Source of the DNA: a virus
Taxonomy: Duplodnaviria > Caudoviricetes
Reading direction: 5' to 3' (one strand)
DNA: 64,000 nt
IMG/VR virus record: IMGVR_UViG_3300025389_001063
Below the pieces are notes generated by a model. It saw nothing but the letters and a program-made list of their open reading frames with translations. It did not search any database and was not told the origin of the DNA. A program made the translations under genes and the position numbers. Positions 1 to 8,753 of this stretch are shown piece by piece. Each line of letters opens with the position of its first letter. Within the stretch, counting starts at the first letter, position 1.

Positions 1-91
1 CGTTGCTGCTAGAGCAAGAGCAGCAGGTTATATGGTTCTTTGGAAAGTAAAAGGCCACTTTAATCATATGCATATCGAAGCAAGAAGATAA
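1..91 (+). CDS. 3' end of a truncated gene, possibly a peptidase M15-like/extensin-like protein
   Basis: Frame from nt 2 reads VAARARAAGYMVLWKVKGHFNHMHIEARR*. The W..GH..HxH motif resembles M15-type Zn peptidases. Only 29 aa are visible. Confidence 0.35.
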   Translation, partial: VAARARAAGYMVLWKVKGHFNHMHIEARR

Positions 92-96
92 TCAAG

Positions 97-125
97 AAGG
101 GCGGTATGTCCGTTGCCGCCCTTTT
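97..125 (+). terminator. Rho-independent terminator-like hairpin
   Basis: AAGGGCGGTA-tgtccgt-TGCCGCCCTT followed by TT, directly after the stop codon at 89-91. Confidence 0.7.
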
Positions 126-134
126 AAATACTCT

Positions 135-578
135 ATGATTAAGATCTTAATTATGGGGTTACCCGGGGCAGGTAAGACTACATTTGCTCATAAGTTAATT
201 GACCGATTTCAAAAAGAAAATAAATCTTTTTCTTGGTACAATGGTGATCATATACGCAAGATGTATAACGATTGGGATTTTTCCGAAAAGGGAAGATTGA
301 GACAAACAAAAAGAATAACCAAAAAAGCAAATATATGTAAGGAAAATAAGATTATCGCTATTTGTGATTATGTCTGTCCAACTGAAGAATTACGTAAAAT
401 ATTTGATGCTGATATAACTGTGTGGATTGATACTATTAACAAAGGAAGATTTGAAGATACAAATAAACTATTTGAACCCCCCACTAAATACGACATTAAA
501 GTAACAGATTATAATATAGAAAAATGGATTGAAGATCTTATATTAAGGATTAATAATGAAGACAATAACAAAGAATGA
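135..578 (+). CDS. Adenylylsulfate (APS) kinase-like P-loop protein
   Basis: GLPGAGKTT Walker A, NGDHIR..DWDFSEKGRLRQ, and CDYVCPT as in CysC-like kinases. Confidence 0.7.
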   Translation: MIKILIMGLPGAGKTTFAHKLIDRFQKENKSFSWYNGDHIRKMYNDWDFSEKGRLRQTKRITKKANICKENKIIAICDYVCPTEELRKIFDADITVWIDTINKGRFEDTNKLFEPPTKYDIKVTDYNIEKWIEDLILRINNEDNNKE

Positions 579-1209
579 TCGATGGTTAGTATTAAGTCCA
601 GGAAGAACAGGTAGCGTAGTGTTATCTAATACTATATTAGAAGTTTATAGGGCAAATAATTTAAGTTTAAAGTTTTTGTGGACTGATCTTGATAAAATAA
701 AAGAAGCACCAAATGGATCATTAGTACATTGTCATGCAGAACCTTTTCCTTTTTCAACAGATATGTATTGTATTCTTAATGTTCGAGATCCAATCGATAT
801 TACATTTAGCCAACTTATTAGACCTTATATAGGAAGATGGCATTTACATAAAAGACATTTAAATGATGTTAAGATTACACCATTTCATTTAAATCCTTTA
901 GATTTTTTCAATCAATATACAGAAACACTAAGATGGTATAGAAATATTCCTAAAGATTTTTTACAAGTTGCACAAATAATAAATTATGAAAATTATTCAA
1001 AAGATCCTCTTCGTTTAGTACCTAAGTTATTAGAAATACCAGAATTAGATGAAGAAAATTTTAAAAGAGCAGATGAAATCAATTTGGTTAAAAATCCTGG
1101 ACCACATAAATCTTGGATTTCAAATTGGGATTTAATAGATCAAATAATTAAAAGTATTGAAAAAGAAAACAAAGAATTTTTCCAATCTTTATTGACAAAA
1201 ACTTTGTAA
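556..1209 (+). CDS. Sulfotransferase-like protein
   Basis: LVLSPGRTGS (5'-PSB-like loop) and NVRDPIDITFS (3'-PB-like motif). Overlaps the APS-kinase-like gene. Confidence 0.55.
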   Translation: MKTITKNDRWLVLSPGRTGSVVLSNTILEVYRANNLSLKFLWTDLDKIKEAPNGSLVHCHAEPFPFSTDMYCILNVRDPIDITFSQLIRPYIGRWHLHKRHLNDVKITPFHLNPLDFFNQYTETLRWYRNIPKDFLQVAQIINYENYSKDPLRLVPKLLEIPELDEENFKRADEINLVKNPGPHKSWISNWDLIDQIIKSIEKENKEFFQSLLTKTL

Positions 1210-1220
1210 TACTTTACTAT
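1192..1220 (+). promoter_or_regulatory. Sigma70-like (early) promoter
   Basis: TTGACA-17 nt-TACTAT, 12 nt upstream of tRNA-Asn. Confidence 0.65.
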
Positions 1221-1232
1221 ATATAAAGTTGT

Positions 1233-1308
1233 TTCCCGATAGCTCAGCTGGTAGAGCAAGCGACTGTTAATCGCTGGGTCCCTGGTTCGAGTCCAGGTCG
1301 GGGAGCCA
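1233..1308 (+). tRNA. tRNA-Asn(GTT)
   Basis: Complete cloverleaf, anticodon loop CTGTTAA, T-loop TTCGAGT, encoded CCA. Confidence 0.97.
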
Positions 1309-1322
1309 CCCTAGGAAATATA

Positions 1323-2171
1323 ATGACTGTTACATTTACCTTAGAGAATTTAGATAATAGTAAAATCGATATAAACTATGAACCTCTTCCTTATGAACAT
1401 TCACAATTGTGGTTGCAAGGAATTAAAGATTTTTTAGATACCGGAAATCCTTTAATTGATAACGAGAGGCTTTTTAATTTTGGTTCACATCAAAATGTAA
1501 TAGATTATTTAGATAAAACTAATAAACTTATCGACGAAATAAATTCTTATCTTCAAGGCATTGTAATGCCTAATATTAGATATGAAAATATACAGCAAGA
1601 TGTAAATTTTGTTCATATTAATTTTGCAGAAACTGATAGAGGTGCCGAATATACTAAATTCTGTAGACAAGAATTATGGAATGATCTAAATTCACGTTTA
1701 CACGGATTAGAAACTATTATGAGACATAATAATTCATATCCTCAAGGACAGATATTCGTTGAGTTAAATTGTCAAAGATATGTGTTACCCGAAAACGCAT
1801 ACAAGCATTTTACAGTAAAAGATACATTCGGTATTTGCTATGCCAACTATGCTCATATTGGACGTCATATACAAGAAGTAGTTTATGCAGAAGATGAATT
1901 AGCATATGATACTCACATTTTGCCTATGAGTAAAATATCAGGAAGTAGCAGACTATGGTTTGGAGACACTCTTCCAGCAGTTGTAGAACGATATCAAATG
2001 TTTCGAATAAAAAGATGGTTTGACAAACATAATATATCTAACATAGTTAATATGGAATGGGGTGACCCTCATCTAGCTATAGGATGGCTACCTGTAGCAA
2101 AAATGACAAATAATATTACTAAAGAAGATTTGCGAAATGTTGTAAAGATAAAGGAAATATCTTTACAATGA
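1323..2171 (+). CDS. Hypothetical protein (282 aa)
   Basis: Long ORF with AGGA RBS. No family recognised. Confidence 0.75.
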   Translation: MTVTFTLENLDNSKIDINYEPLPYEHSQLWLQGIKDFLDTGNPLIDNERLFNFGSHQNVIDYLDKTNKLIDEINSYLQGIVMPNIRYENIQQDVNFVHINFAETDRGAEYTKFCRQELWNDLNSRLHGLETIMRHNNSYPQGQIFVELNCQRYVLPENAYKHFTVKDTFGICYANYAHIGRHIQEVVYAEDELAYDTHILPMSKISGSSRLWFGDTLPAVVERYQMFRIKRWFDKHNISNIVNMEWGDPHLAIGWLPVAKMTNNITKEDLRNVVKIKEISLQ

Positions 2172-2890
2172 AATTCGAAATAGGAATGCCTCATTTAAAT
2201 TATAATGGCTTAGATCCTGTTTGGTTAGCAAAAACACTAGCAGAAATCCATTGGAATTTTTTAAAACATATCTCATCTATCAACGAAAATAATCAACGAT
2301 TATATGCTAGTGTTTTTGCTTTCGAAATTGATTTTAATAAAGGACAGGATTCTTTTAAAGAATTCGACGAAGCAGAGATTGTTAGTAAAATCTACAAATT
2401 TAACAATCAAATTTATAGATCTAAACATTCAATAATATGTACTGGAAATGTTGCTAGTGCAATTGTGGATACTATTTTTGTTAAAAAAGATTTAACATCT
2501 GGTTCTTTAATCAGAGATAATCCTATAGGATTTTCTAAAGGATTTGAAACAACTGATACTGTTTTTTTAAAAGAACATAAAGAATTAAAAAGAGAATTTT
2601 CTGTTATTAAAAACAAAGAAGATTATAAAGAATTACCATTTAGTTCTGAAGCATATTTTAATGGAGTTAAATTATTATACTTTGCTAATTTTTTAAATTT
2701 AGTTTATCTAAGTGAATCACTGACATTTAATAAAATTTTAAATCCCATCAAAAAAATTAAAACCTATTATTTTGGTAATATAACACCCGAAGAAAAAGTA
2801 TACGGATTAACTACAAAAATAGAAGAAAAATATCAAACAATATTACGATCAGATGATAGAATTATAGCATTCTGTGAAATAATAAGATAA
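2168..2890 (+). CDS. LnmK/Pnap_2097-family double-hotdog acyltransferase/decarboxylase-like protein
   Basis: IGMPHL..NGL...WLAKTLAEIHW, RLYAS.F and FNGVKLLYFANF match the remembered family pattern (GMPQL..GGL...WL.K..GD.HW; NGVGLLYFA.Y). Confidence 0.6.
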   Translation: MKFEIGMPHLNYNGLDPVWLAKTLAEIHWNFLKHISSINENNQRLYASVFAFEIDFNKGQDSFKEFDEAEIVSKIYKFNNQIYRSKHSIICTGNVASAIVDTIFVKKDLTSGSLIRDNPIGFSKGFETTDTVFLKEHKELKREFSVIKNKEDYKELPFSSEAYFNGVKLLYFANFLNLVYLSESLTFNKILNPIKKIKTYYFGNITPEEKVYGLTTKIEEKYQTILRSDDRIIAFCEIIR

Positions 2891-2932
2891 ATTATTAAAA
2901 GTGCGGAAAAAAACGTTCATAAGGAACATATC

Positions 2933-4747
2933 ATGAAAAAATGGAAAAGATATATACCATGGATTACTTTTGCTGTAGTTGCAGGTTTACTATTTGCAAT
3001 GTGGCAAAACCAAGAAAAACACCCAGATATTAGAGAAATTAATTTTAGTGATTTCTTAGTTCAAATCGATGAAGGGCGTGTACACGATGTCACAATTGAA
3101 GGAAATGAAGTTACAGGTCATTTTACTGACAATCGTACATTTGAAACATATCTACCAAGCGGACACACAATTATACCTAAACTAGAAGCAAAGAAAGTTC
3201 AAATTACAGCAAAACCTATAGGTGGAGAAAGTATATGGACTACTCTAGCATCTAACATTTTACCTTTAATTATTTTTATGTTTGTTTGGTTCTGGCTAGC
3301 AAGATCAATGACTGGTCGAGGAGGCGGCGGCGCTATGGGATTTGGAAAATCTAAAGCGAAATTACTCGAAACACAAGGAACAGTTAAATTTGACGATGTT
3401 GCTGGTGTTGATGAAGCAAAAGAAGATTTACAAGAAGTTGTTGAATTTCTTCGTGAACCTAATAAATTCCAATTAGTTGGTGGAAAAATACCGAGAGGCG
3501 TTCTGCTAGTCGGACCACCTGGTACAGGTAAAACATTACTTGCTAGAGCAGTAGCAGGTGAAGCAGGTGTACCATTCTTTAGTATTTCTGGTTCAGACTT
3601 TGTAGAAATGTTTGTTGGTGTTGGTGCTAGTCGTGTTCGTGACATGTTTGAACAAGCAAAGAAAAATGCTCCATGCATTATCTTTGTTGACGAAGTTGAT
3701 GCTGTTGGTAGACATCGCGGCGCGGGATTAGGCGGAGGAAACGACGAACGTGAACAAACACTTAATCAATTACTTGTTGAGATGGATGGCTTTAATGAAA
3801 ATGAAGGAATTATTATTATTGCAGCAACAAACAGAGTTGACGTATTAGATCCTGCCCTACTTCGTCCAGGTCGCTTTGATCGTCAAATTACTGTTCCTAA
3901 TCCAGACTTTATCGGACGTGAAAAGATCTTAAAGGTTCATACACGTAAAGTTCCTTTGTCTCCAGATGTTGATCTTAAAGTTGTAGCAAGAGGAACACCT
4001 GGATTTAGTGGTGCTGACTTAATGAATCTTGTTAATGAGGCTGCATTACTTGCTGCTCGTCGTGGTAAAAGAATTGTTATGAAGAAAGAGTTTGAAGATG
4101 CTCGAGATAAGATTCTTATGGGAGCAGAACGTCGTACACTATTAATGACTGAAGAAGAAAAGAAAATGACTGCTTATCACGAAGGTGGACATGCTCTTGT
4201 TAGTCTTAACATGCCAGGTTCTACGCCAATTCATAAAGCAACGATCATTCCACGTGGTCGTGCTTTAGGTATGGTCCAGTCATTACCTGAACGTGATGAG
4301 ATTAGTCAAACATATGAACAATTTATTGCTATGTTAGCAATGGCAATGGGAGGGCGTGTTGCTGAAGAATTAATTTTTGGACACGATAAGGTAAGTTCAG
4401 GTGCTGCTGGTGATATCCAACAAGCAACCAAGATTGCTCGTGCTATGGTTACACAACTTGGATTTAGTGACAAACTTGGAACAGTTGCTTATAGTGAACC
4501 ACAACACGAACAGTTCCTTGGATACTCAATGGGTCGTGAACAATCTGTATCACAAGAAACCCAAAAGACTATCGATCATGAAGTTCGTCGCTTTATTCAA
4601 GAAGGATATGAAACAGCAAAGAAGATCTTAACTGAGAAGAGAGATCAACTTGACAAACTTGCAGAAGCTCTTATAATGTATGAGACACTAAGCGGTCAAG
4701 AGATAATCGATCTTTTGGACGGTAAGGAACCAGTCAGGGAGTCTTAA
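2933..4747 (+). CDS. ftsH: ATP-dependent zinc metalloprotease FtsH
   Basis: Two TM segments, GPPGTGKT Walker A, IIFVDEVD Walker B, SRH ([20 protein letters not shown]), HEGGH Zn motif. Confidence 0.98.
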   Translation: MKKWKRYIPWITFAVVAGLLFAMWQNQEKHPDIREINFSDFLVQIDEGRVHDVTIEGNEVTGHFTDNRTFETYLPSGHTIIPKLEAKKVQITAKPIGGESIWTTLASNILPLIIFMFVWFWLARSMTGRGGGGAMGFGKSKAKLLETQGTVKFDDVAGVDEAKEDLQEVVEFLREPNKFQLVGGKIPRGVLLVGPPGTGKTLLARAVAGEAGVPFFSISGSDFVEMFVGVGASRVRDMFEQAKKNAPCIIFVDEVDAVGRHRGAGLGGGNDEREQTLNQLLVEMDGFNENEGIIIIAATNRVDVLDPALLRPGRFDRQITVPNPDFIGREKILKVHTRKVPLSPDVDLKVVARGTPGFSGADLMNLVNEAALLAARRGKRIVMKKEFEDARDKILMGAERRTLLMTEEEKKMTAYHEGGHALVSLNMPGSTPIHKATIIPRGRALGMVQSLPERDEISQTYEQFIAMLAMAMGGRVAEELIFGHDKVSSGAAGDIQQATKIARAMVTQLGFSDKLGTVAYSEPQHEQFLGYSMGREQSVSQETQKTIDHEVRRFIQEGYETAKKILTEKRDQLDKLAEALIMYETLSGQEIIDLLDGKEPVRES

Positions 4748-5241
4748 TGACTATCTTTGTAATTTCGGACACACACTTTGGACATGCTAACATTCTGAAA
4801 TTTACAAGACAGGATGGCAGTCCAATGCGTGTCTTTGAATCAGTGGAGCATATGAATGAAACAATGGTTGAAAACTGGAATCGAGTTGTCACCGACAGCG
4901 ATATTGTCTATCATCTTGGCGATGTTTATTTTGGGAAGGGTCACGAGATACTTGGTCGGCTAAAAGGTCGTAAGCGTCTTATCCTCGGAAATCATGATAA
5001 CGGCAAGTGCCAGAATTTACACAAACATTTCCAGAAGATTATGATGTGGAGAATGTTTCCAGAATTTAATTGTCTGCTAACTCATGTACCTGTTCATGCA
5101 AGTGTACTTTATAAGACAAAGTATAACCTACACGGACATGTACATCATAATAGTCTTCCTGAAGAAAACTACATTAATTGTTGTGTAGAACCCTTAAACT
5201 TTACTCCTACTCCTTTGGAATCTTTAATTCCAAAGGAATAA
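4747..5241 (+). CDS. Calcineurin-like metallophosphoesterase
   Basis: SDTHFGH, HLGDV, GNHD and HGHVH motifs. Confidence 0.9.
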   Translation: MTIFVISDTHFGHANILKFTRQDGSPMRVFESVEHMNETMVENWNRVVTDSDIVYHLGDVYFGKGHEILGRLKGRKRLILGNHDNGKCQNLHKHFQKIMMWRMFPEFNCLLTHVPVHASVLYKTKYNLHGHVHHNSLPEENYINCCVEPLNFTPTPLESLIPKE

Positions 5242-5248
5242 ATACCAT

Positions 5249-5374
5249 ATGAAAAGATTAATTTTAGTTACATCAATATTATCGTTCGGAGCAGGTCTTA
5301 TTGTTGGGTGGAATCTTCTACCTCAACCACAATGGCTATTTGATGCTTACGGATATTTGATATTATTCAAATAA
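5249..5374 (+). CDS. Small membrane protein (41 aa)
   Basis: Read by hand: MKRLILVTSILSFGAGLIVGWNLLPQPQWLFDAYGYLILFK. Below the ORF-track length cutoff. Confidence 0.55.
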   Translation: MKRLILVTSILSFGAGLIVGWNLLPQPQWLFDAYGYLILFK

Positions 5375-5382
5375 ATAAAAGT

Positions 5383-5826
5383 ATGAAAAAACTACTACTT
5401 TTATTCTTTCTATTCACTTCTTCTGCATTTGCTGTAGACTTACCTATTTTACCAAATCCCAAACTTACTCCTGGTGATATAGATCATAATGCTTCAACTA
5501 AAGAATTTTGTACTCCTGGGTATACTCGTAAAGTTAGAAATGTTCCACTGTCTGTAAAAAGACAGGTTTTTGTTCTTTATGGAATTGATCCAACATCTAG
5601 CGATTTCGAAGTAGATCATCTTATTAGTTTAGAATTAGGCGGATCTAATGATATTAAGAATTTATGGCCACAAAGTTATGATACACAACCATGGAATGCT
5701 TATAAGAAAGATGGTTTAGAGCATAGATTACATGCTTTAGTTTGTAATGGCAAAATAGACGTAAGAGAAGCACAAAAAGCCATTGCATCTGATTGGATTT
5801 CAGCGTATAACAAATATATGAATTAA
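5383..5826 (+). CDS. Secreted HNH-like protein
   Basis: Signal peptide MKKLLLLFFLFTSSAFA, then EVDHLISLELGGSNDIKNLWPQ (HNH-like core). Confidence 0.65.
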   Translation: MKKLLLLFFLFTSSAFAVDLPILPNPKLTPGDIDHNASTKEFCTPGYTRKVRNVPLSVKRQVFVLYGIDPTSSDFEVDHLISLELGGSNDIKNLWPQSYDTQPWNAYKKDGLEHRLHALVCNGKIDVREAQKAIASDWISAYNKYMN

Positions 5827-5832
5827 TAGAAA

Positions 5833-5909
5833 GGCTTGGTATCTCAGTTGGTTAGAGTGCTGCCCTGTCACGGCAGAGGTCGCCGGTTCGAGCCCGGTCC
5901 AGGTCGCCA
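5833..5909 (+). tRNA. tRNA-Asp(GTC)
   Basis: Cloverleaf, anticodon loop CTGTCAC, encoded CCA. Confidence 0.97.
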
Positions 5910-5922
5910 GTTTGTTAAATAG

Positions 5923-5944
5923 TTGTAGTTAACGGAGACTACAA
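5923..5944 (+). promoter_or_regulatory. RBS/AUG-occluding hairpin downstream of a late promoter-like TAAATA
   Basis: TTGTAGT (5923-5929) pairs with ACTACAA (5938-5944, ending on the A of ATG). GGAG lies in the loop; TAAATA at 5916-5921. Confidence 0.5.
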
Positions 5945-6219
5945 TGAAAAAGAAACTTCTTACACTATTAACGGTGCTTGGACTTACTATTGCTACAGTT
6001 GCTCCTGCTAATGCTTGGTACCGTGGATATTATGGCGGATATTATGGCGGATGGGGTTACGGTGGTGCAATGGCTGGGGCTGCTATTGCAGGTGCTCTTG
6101 CTGGGGCTGCTATTGCTAATTCATATGCTTATCCATATGGAGGATATTATTATGTACCACAATATTATTATCCTGCGCCAACATACTACTATTACCCAAA
6201 TTATTACTATGGATGGTAA
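5944..6219 (+). CDS. Secreted Gly/Tyr-rich low-complexity protein
   Basis: Signal peptide ending ANA, then YRGYYGGYYGGWG, a GAAIAGALAGAAIA glycine zipper and a Tyr/Pro-rich tail. Confidence 0.75.
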   Translation: MKKKLLTLLTVLGLTIATVAPANAWYRGYYGGYYGGWGYGGAMAGAAIAGALAGAAIANSYAYPYGGYYYVPQYYYPAPTYYYYPNYYYGW

Positions 6220-6654
6220 ATGTTACACATAATAAATGATATTTCAGATCCTTTATTAGAATTAGTAAAGGATGATCCTGTTCGATCAGATATCTATCCT
6301 ATAGAAAGAATTATGGGTAATAAAGAAATTATGGTTTTGTTGGATCCTATTAGTAAAGAACCACAATCGGTAATTTGTGTATCTTATCAAGATCATATAC
6401 CTGCAGATATAAGAGATTTAATATCTTCTGATTCTCCTATATTTGCTGTATTCTATACTATCTGGAGTTACAAAACAGGTTCAGGAAGAAGATTGCTCTT
6501 TAAGGCAAAAGATTATATAAAAGAACATAGACCAGAAATTAAACGTTTCATAACTCTTAGTCCAAAAACATTTACTGCTAGTAGATTTCATACTGACAAT
6601 GGTGCTAAAATATTAAGAGTTAACACAGACAGCGTCAATTATGAATACCAATAA
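6220..6654 (+). CDS. Hypothetical protein, possibly GNAT-like
   Basis: FYTIWSYKTGSGRRLL...RFITLSP...RFHTDNGA resembles acetyltransferase motif A/B. Confidence 0.45.
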   Translation: MLHIINDISDPLLELVKDDPVRSDIYPIERIMGNKEIMVLLDPISKEPQSVICVSYQDHIPADIRDLISSDSPIFAVFYTIWSYKTGSGRRLLFKAKDYIKEHRPEIKRFITLSPKTFTASRFHTDNGAKILRVNTDSVNYEYQ

Positions 6655-6655
6655 C

Positions 6656-6745
6656 GGAGAGGTGGCCGAGTGGTTTAAGGCAGCGGTCTTGAAAACCGCC
6701 GTAGGTGAAAGCCTACCGTGAGTTCGAATCTCACCCTCTCCGCCA
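6656..6745 (+). tRNA. tRNA-Ser(TGA)
   Basis: Cloverleaf with long variable arm, anticodon loop CTTGAAA, encoded CCA. Confidence 0.97.
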
Positions 6746-6775
6746 TACGATATATAATATATTAGGAGAATTAAT

Positions 6776-6946
6776 ATGCGTATAATTTTATCTTTACTAA
6801 CTATTATGGCTTTAGGAAATTCCGCTTTTGCTGGTCCTATTCCAAGAGTTGATCATTCATCGAAATCAAAATCAACACAAGAATGGAAACCACCACTAGA
6901 GATTCAGAAAAAAGAAAGTATTGTTGTTGCTCCTACAAAGAAATAA
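6776..6946 (+). CDS. Small secreted protein (56 aa)
   Basis: AGGAG RBS; MRIILSLLTIMALGNSAFAGPIP... signal-peptide-like start. Read by hand. Confidence 0.6.
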   Translation: MRIILSLLTIMALGNSAFAGPIPRVDHSSKSKSTQEWKPPLEIQKKESIVVAPTKK

Positions 6947-6947
6947 T

Positions 6948-7289
6948 ATGAGATATATTTTTCTTGCAATGTTTGCAGGAGTAATAATCTATAGTATAGT
7001 CAACACTAAACTAAGCGTTGACTATCAATGTTATAGTAAAGAAGGCCTTAATAAATTAATCGACGAGAAAAAATATCAAACTCTAATTCAAACTTTTACC
7101 GATGATGGTAAAATAAATGAAACAATGTTTACACCTTACTATGATAAAGAAACAATTATTGTTGAATATAAAAAACCAAATACAGAAAAATATTGTATTA
7201 AATCAATAACACACGGTACAATGGTAAATGAATATTCTGTTGAAATGCTTTATGAGGCTCTTGAAAAATATAAAGGAAAACGAGCATGA
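6948..7289 (+). CDS. Hypothetical membrane-anchored protein
   Basis: ORF track 6921-7289. Probable ATG start at 6948 (MRYIFLAMFAGVIIYSIV, TM/signal). Confidence 0.65.
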   Translation: MRYIFLAMFAGVIIYSIVNTKLSVDYQCYSKEGLNKLIDEKKYQTLIQTFTDDGKINETMFTPYYDKETIIVEYKKPNTEKYCIKSITHGTMVNEYSVEMLYEALEKYKGKRA

Positions 7290-7492
7290 GATACATAATT
7301 CTTTTATCACTATTTCTAGCAGGATGTAATTCGTTAGCCCCAGTTAACGCTGGATTAGATATTGTCGACGTTGCGGGCAAATTAGGTCTTGACGCAGATA
7401 CTAATGGTGTCTATTATAAACATAGAGGACCAATAGAACATGTATGTGAATATAAGGTTAAACAGAATTTTACAGCATTTCGTCCTTGCTAA
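7286..7492 (+). CDS. Putative lipoprotein
   Basis: MRYIILLSLFLAGC lipobox (LAGC). Confidence 0.65.
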   Translation: MRYIILLSLFLAGCNSLAPVNAGLDIVDVAGKLGLDADTNGVYYKHRGPIEHVCEYKVKQNFTAFRPC

Positions 7493-7506
7493 TAATGGAG
7501 ATTTAA

Positions 7507-7647
7507 ATGTTTAATATTTCAGACGAAACTAAAGCAGAAGCAGTTGCACAGATGAAGGAAATTCTTGGACATGACATTCCAGAAGAAAAACTACAAGAAG
7601 CATTTGATGCTGCTGTTAAAGTAGTTGCTAGAAGTTTTGGAATGTAA
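7507..7647 (+). CDS. Small hypothetical protein (46 aa)
   Basis: GGAG RBS; MFNISDETKAEAVAQMKEILG... Read by hand. Confidence 0.55.
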   Translation: MFNISDETKAEAVAQMKEILGHDIPEEKLQEAFDAAVKVVARSFGM

Positions 7648-7846
7648 TTATGGATAAGTGGGACGAATTGAAACTATTATTAGAGGCAGATTTGTCTCAC
7701 ACCGTCCATTATTCTCATGATAAAAATTATGAACATGGGCAATTATTACGTGTCAAGGAATGGATGGAGTATCTTGAGAAGAAAGAATTAACTAAAGAAA
7801 ATTCATCATAATTTACGATAAATACTATCTTTGTTAGGAGTATAGT

Positions 7847-8017
7847 ATGAAAACATTCGTTATGGCCACACTTTTAATGTGCCTAAATAGTGGCCCATGT
7901 GAACAAAAACAAGTTCAGATTGAAAGTAGAGCCTGCACAATAGGAACACTAGATGCAAAAGTTCCTATGAACGGTGAATATGAAGATGCAAAAATTCATG
8001 TGAAGTGCCACAAATAA
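7847..8017 (+). CDS. Small secreted 4-Cys protein
   Basis: AGGAG RBS; MKTFVMATLLMCLNSGPCEQKQVQIESRACTIG...IHVKCHK. Read by hand. Confidence 0.65.
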   Translation: MKTFVMATLLMCLNSGPCEQKQVQIESRACTIGTLDAKVPMNGEYEDAKIHVKCHK

Positions 8018-8087
8018 CACTAAATATATTTGGCTTTTGCCAAAAATGATTGTAGTATACAATTATACACACACAAGGAGAGACACA

Positions 8088-8267
8088 ATGAAGACCCTAA
8101 TCGCAGCCACTCTATACACATGTCTTAATATCAGCGGAACAAATGTTTGTCAATACAAAGATGTTCAGTTAGAAAAAGATACTTGTAAGACTGGTGTTAT
8201 TGAACAGACCCTTCCAAGAGGTACTGAACTTACTAAGATTAAAGTCGCTACTATATGTAAGGGTTAA
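8088..8267 (+). CDS. Small secreted 4-Cys protein
   Basis: AAGGAG RBS before ATG 8088; MKTLIAATLYTCLNISGTNVCQYKDVQLEKDTC...ATICKG. Confidence 0.65.
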   Translation: MKTLIAATLYTCLNISGTNVCQYKDVQLEKDTCKTGVIEQTLPRGTELTKIKVATICKG

Positions 8268-8269
8268 TA

Positions 8270-8497
8270 TTGATAAAATATATTCCAATAATTTTGATTT
8301 GTCATGTTAGCGTTCCTTCGTATGACTGTAAATCAGAACATAAAAATGTAACAACTGCTATTGGGGAATTTCAGAATACCCCGATGGCTTGTTTAGTTGA
8401 GGGGCAAACTAGACTTGCGAGTCTAGCATTTGCTCCAAAACTAGGAGATCCTTACTATGCTAAAATTAAATGTGTTCCAAAGATGTTTATCGATTAA
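8270..8497 (+). CDS. Small secreted 4-Cys protein (Rhizobiales-type)
   Basis: IILICHVSVPSYDC...TPMACLVEGQTRLAS...YAKIKC. Confidence 0.6.
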   Translation: MIKYIPIILICHVSVPSYDCKSEHKNVTTAIGEFQNTPMACLVEGQTRLASLAFAPKLGDPYYAKIKCVPKMFID

Positions 8498-8507
8498 AGG
8501 ACAAAAA

Positions 8508-8720
8508 ATGAACTTGTTTGAACTGTCGACTGGCGAAACTATAGTTGTAGAAAAAATTGAATCTATCACTAATGTTGATCACAAAAATGGATATAAAGGT
8601 TCTTTATATGAATTTACCATCTTTATGGATTCTGGACGAACAATTCATGTATCTAACGAAGATAATAAACCACTCATCAAAGAACAAGAAAAACTACTAT
8701 ACATAATCAAGAGAACTTGA
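8508..8720 (+). CDS. Hypothetical protein
   Basis: AAGGA RBS before ATG 8508 within track ORF 8457-8720. Confidence 0.6.
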   Translation: MNLFELSTGETIVVEKIESITNVDHKNGYKGSLYEFTIFMDSGRTIHVSNEDNKPLIKEQEKLLYIIKRT

Positions 8721-8745
8721 CAAGTATCACTTAACCTGTTAAATT
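8717..8745 (+). promoter_or_regulatory. Sigma70-like promoter
   Basis: TTGACA-17 nt-TAAATT upstream of tRNA-Leu and kdsC. Confidence 0.6.
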
Positions 8746-8753
8746 AATATCAT

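Noticed and set aside
3199-3678. Long antisense or alternate-frame ORFs inside ftsH, clpA (46524-47117), kdsA and the structural genes
   Set aside because: They are shadow ORFs of well-conserved genes, with no RBS or recognisable motifs.
6656-6745. tRNA with TGA anticodon as a possible opal or Sec tRNA
   Set aside because: Anticodon TGA reads UCA (Ser) and the body is a normal type II tRNA-Ser.
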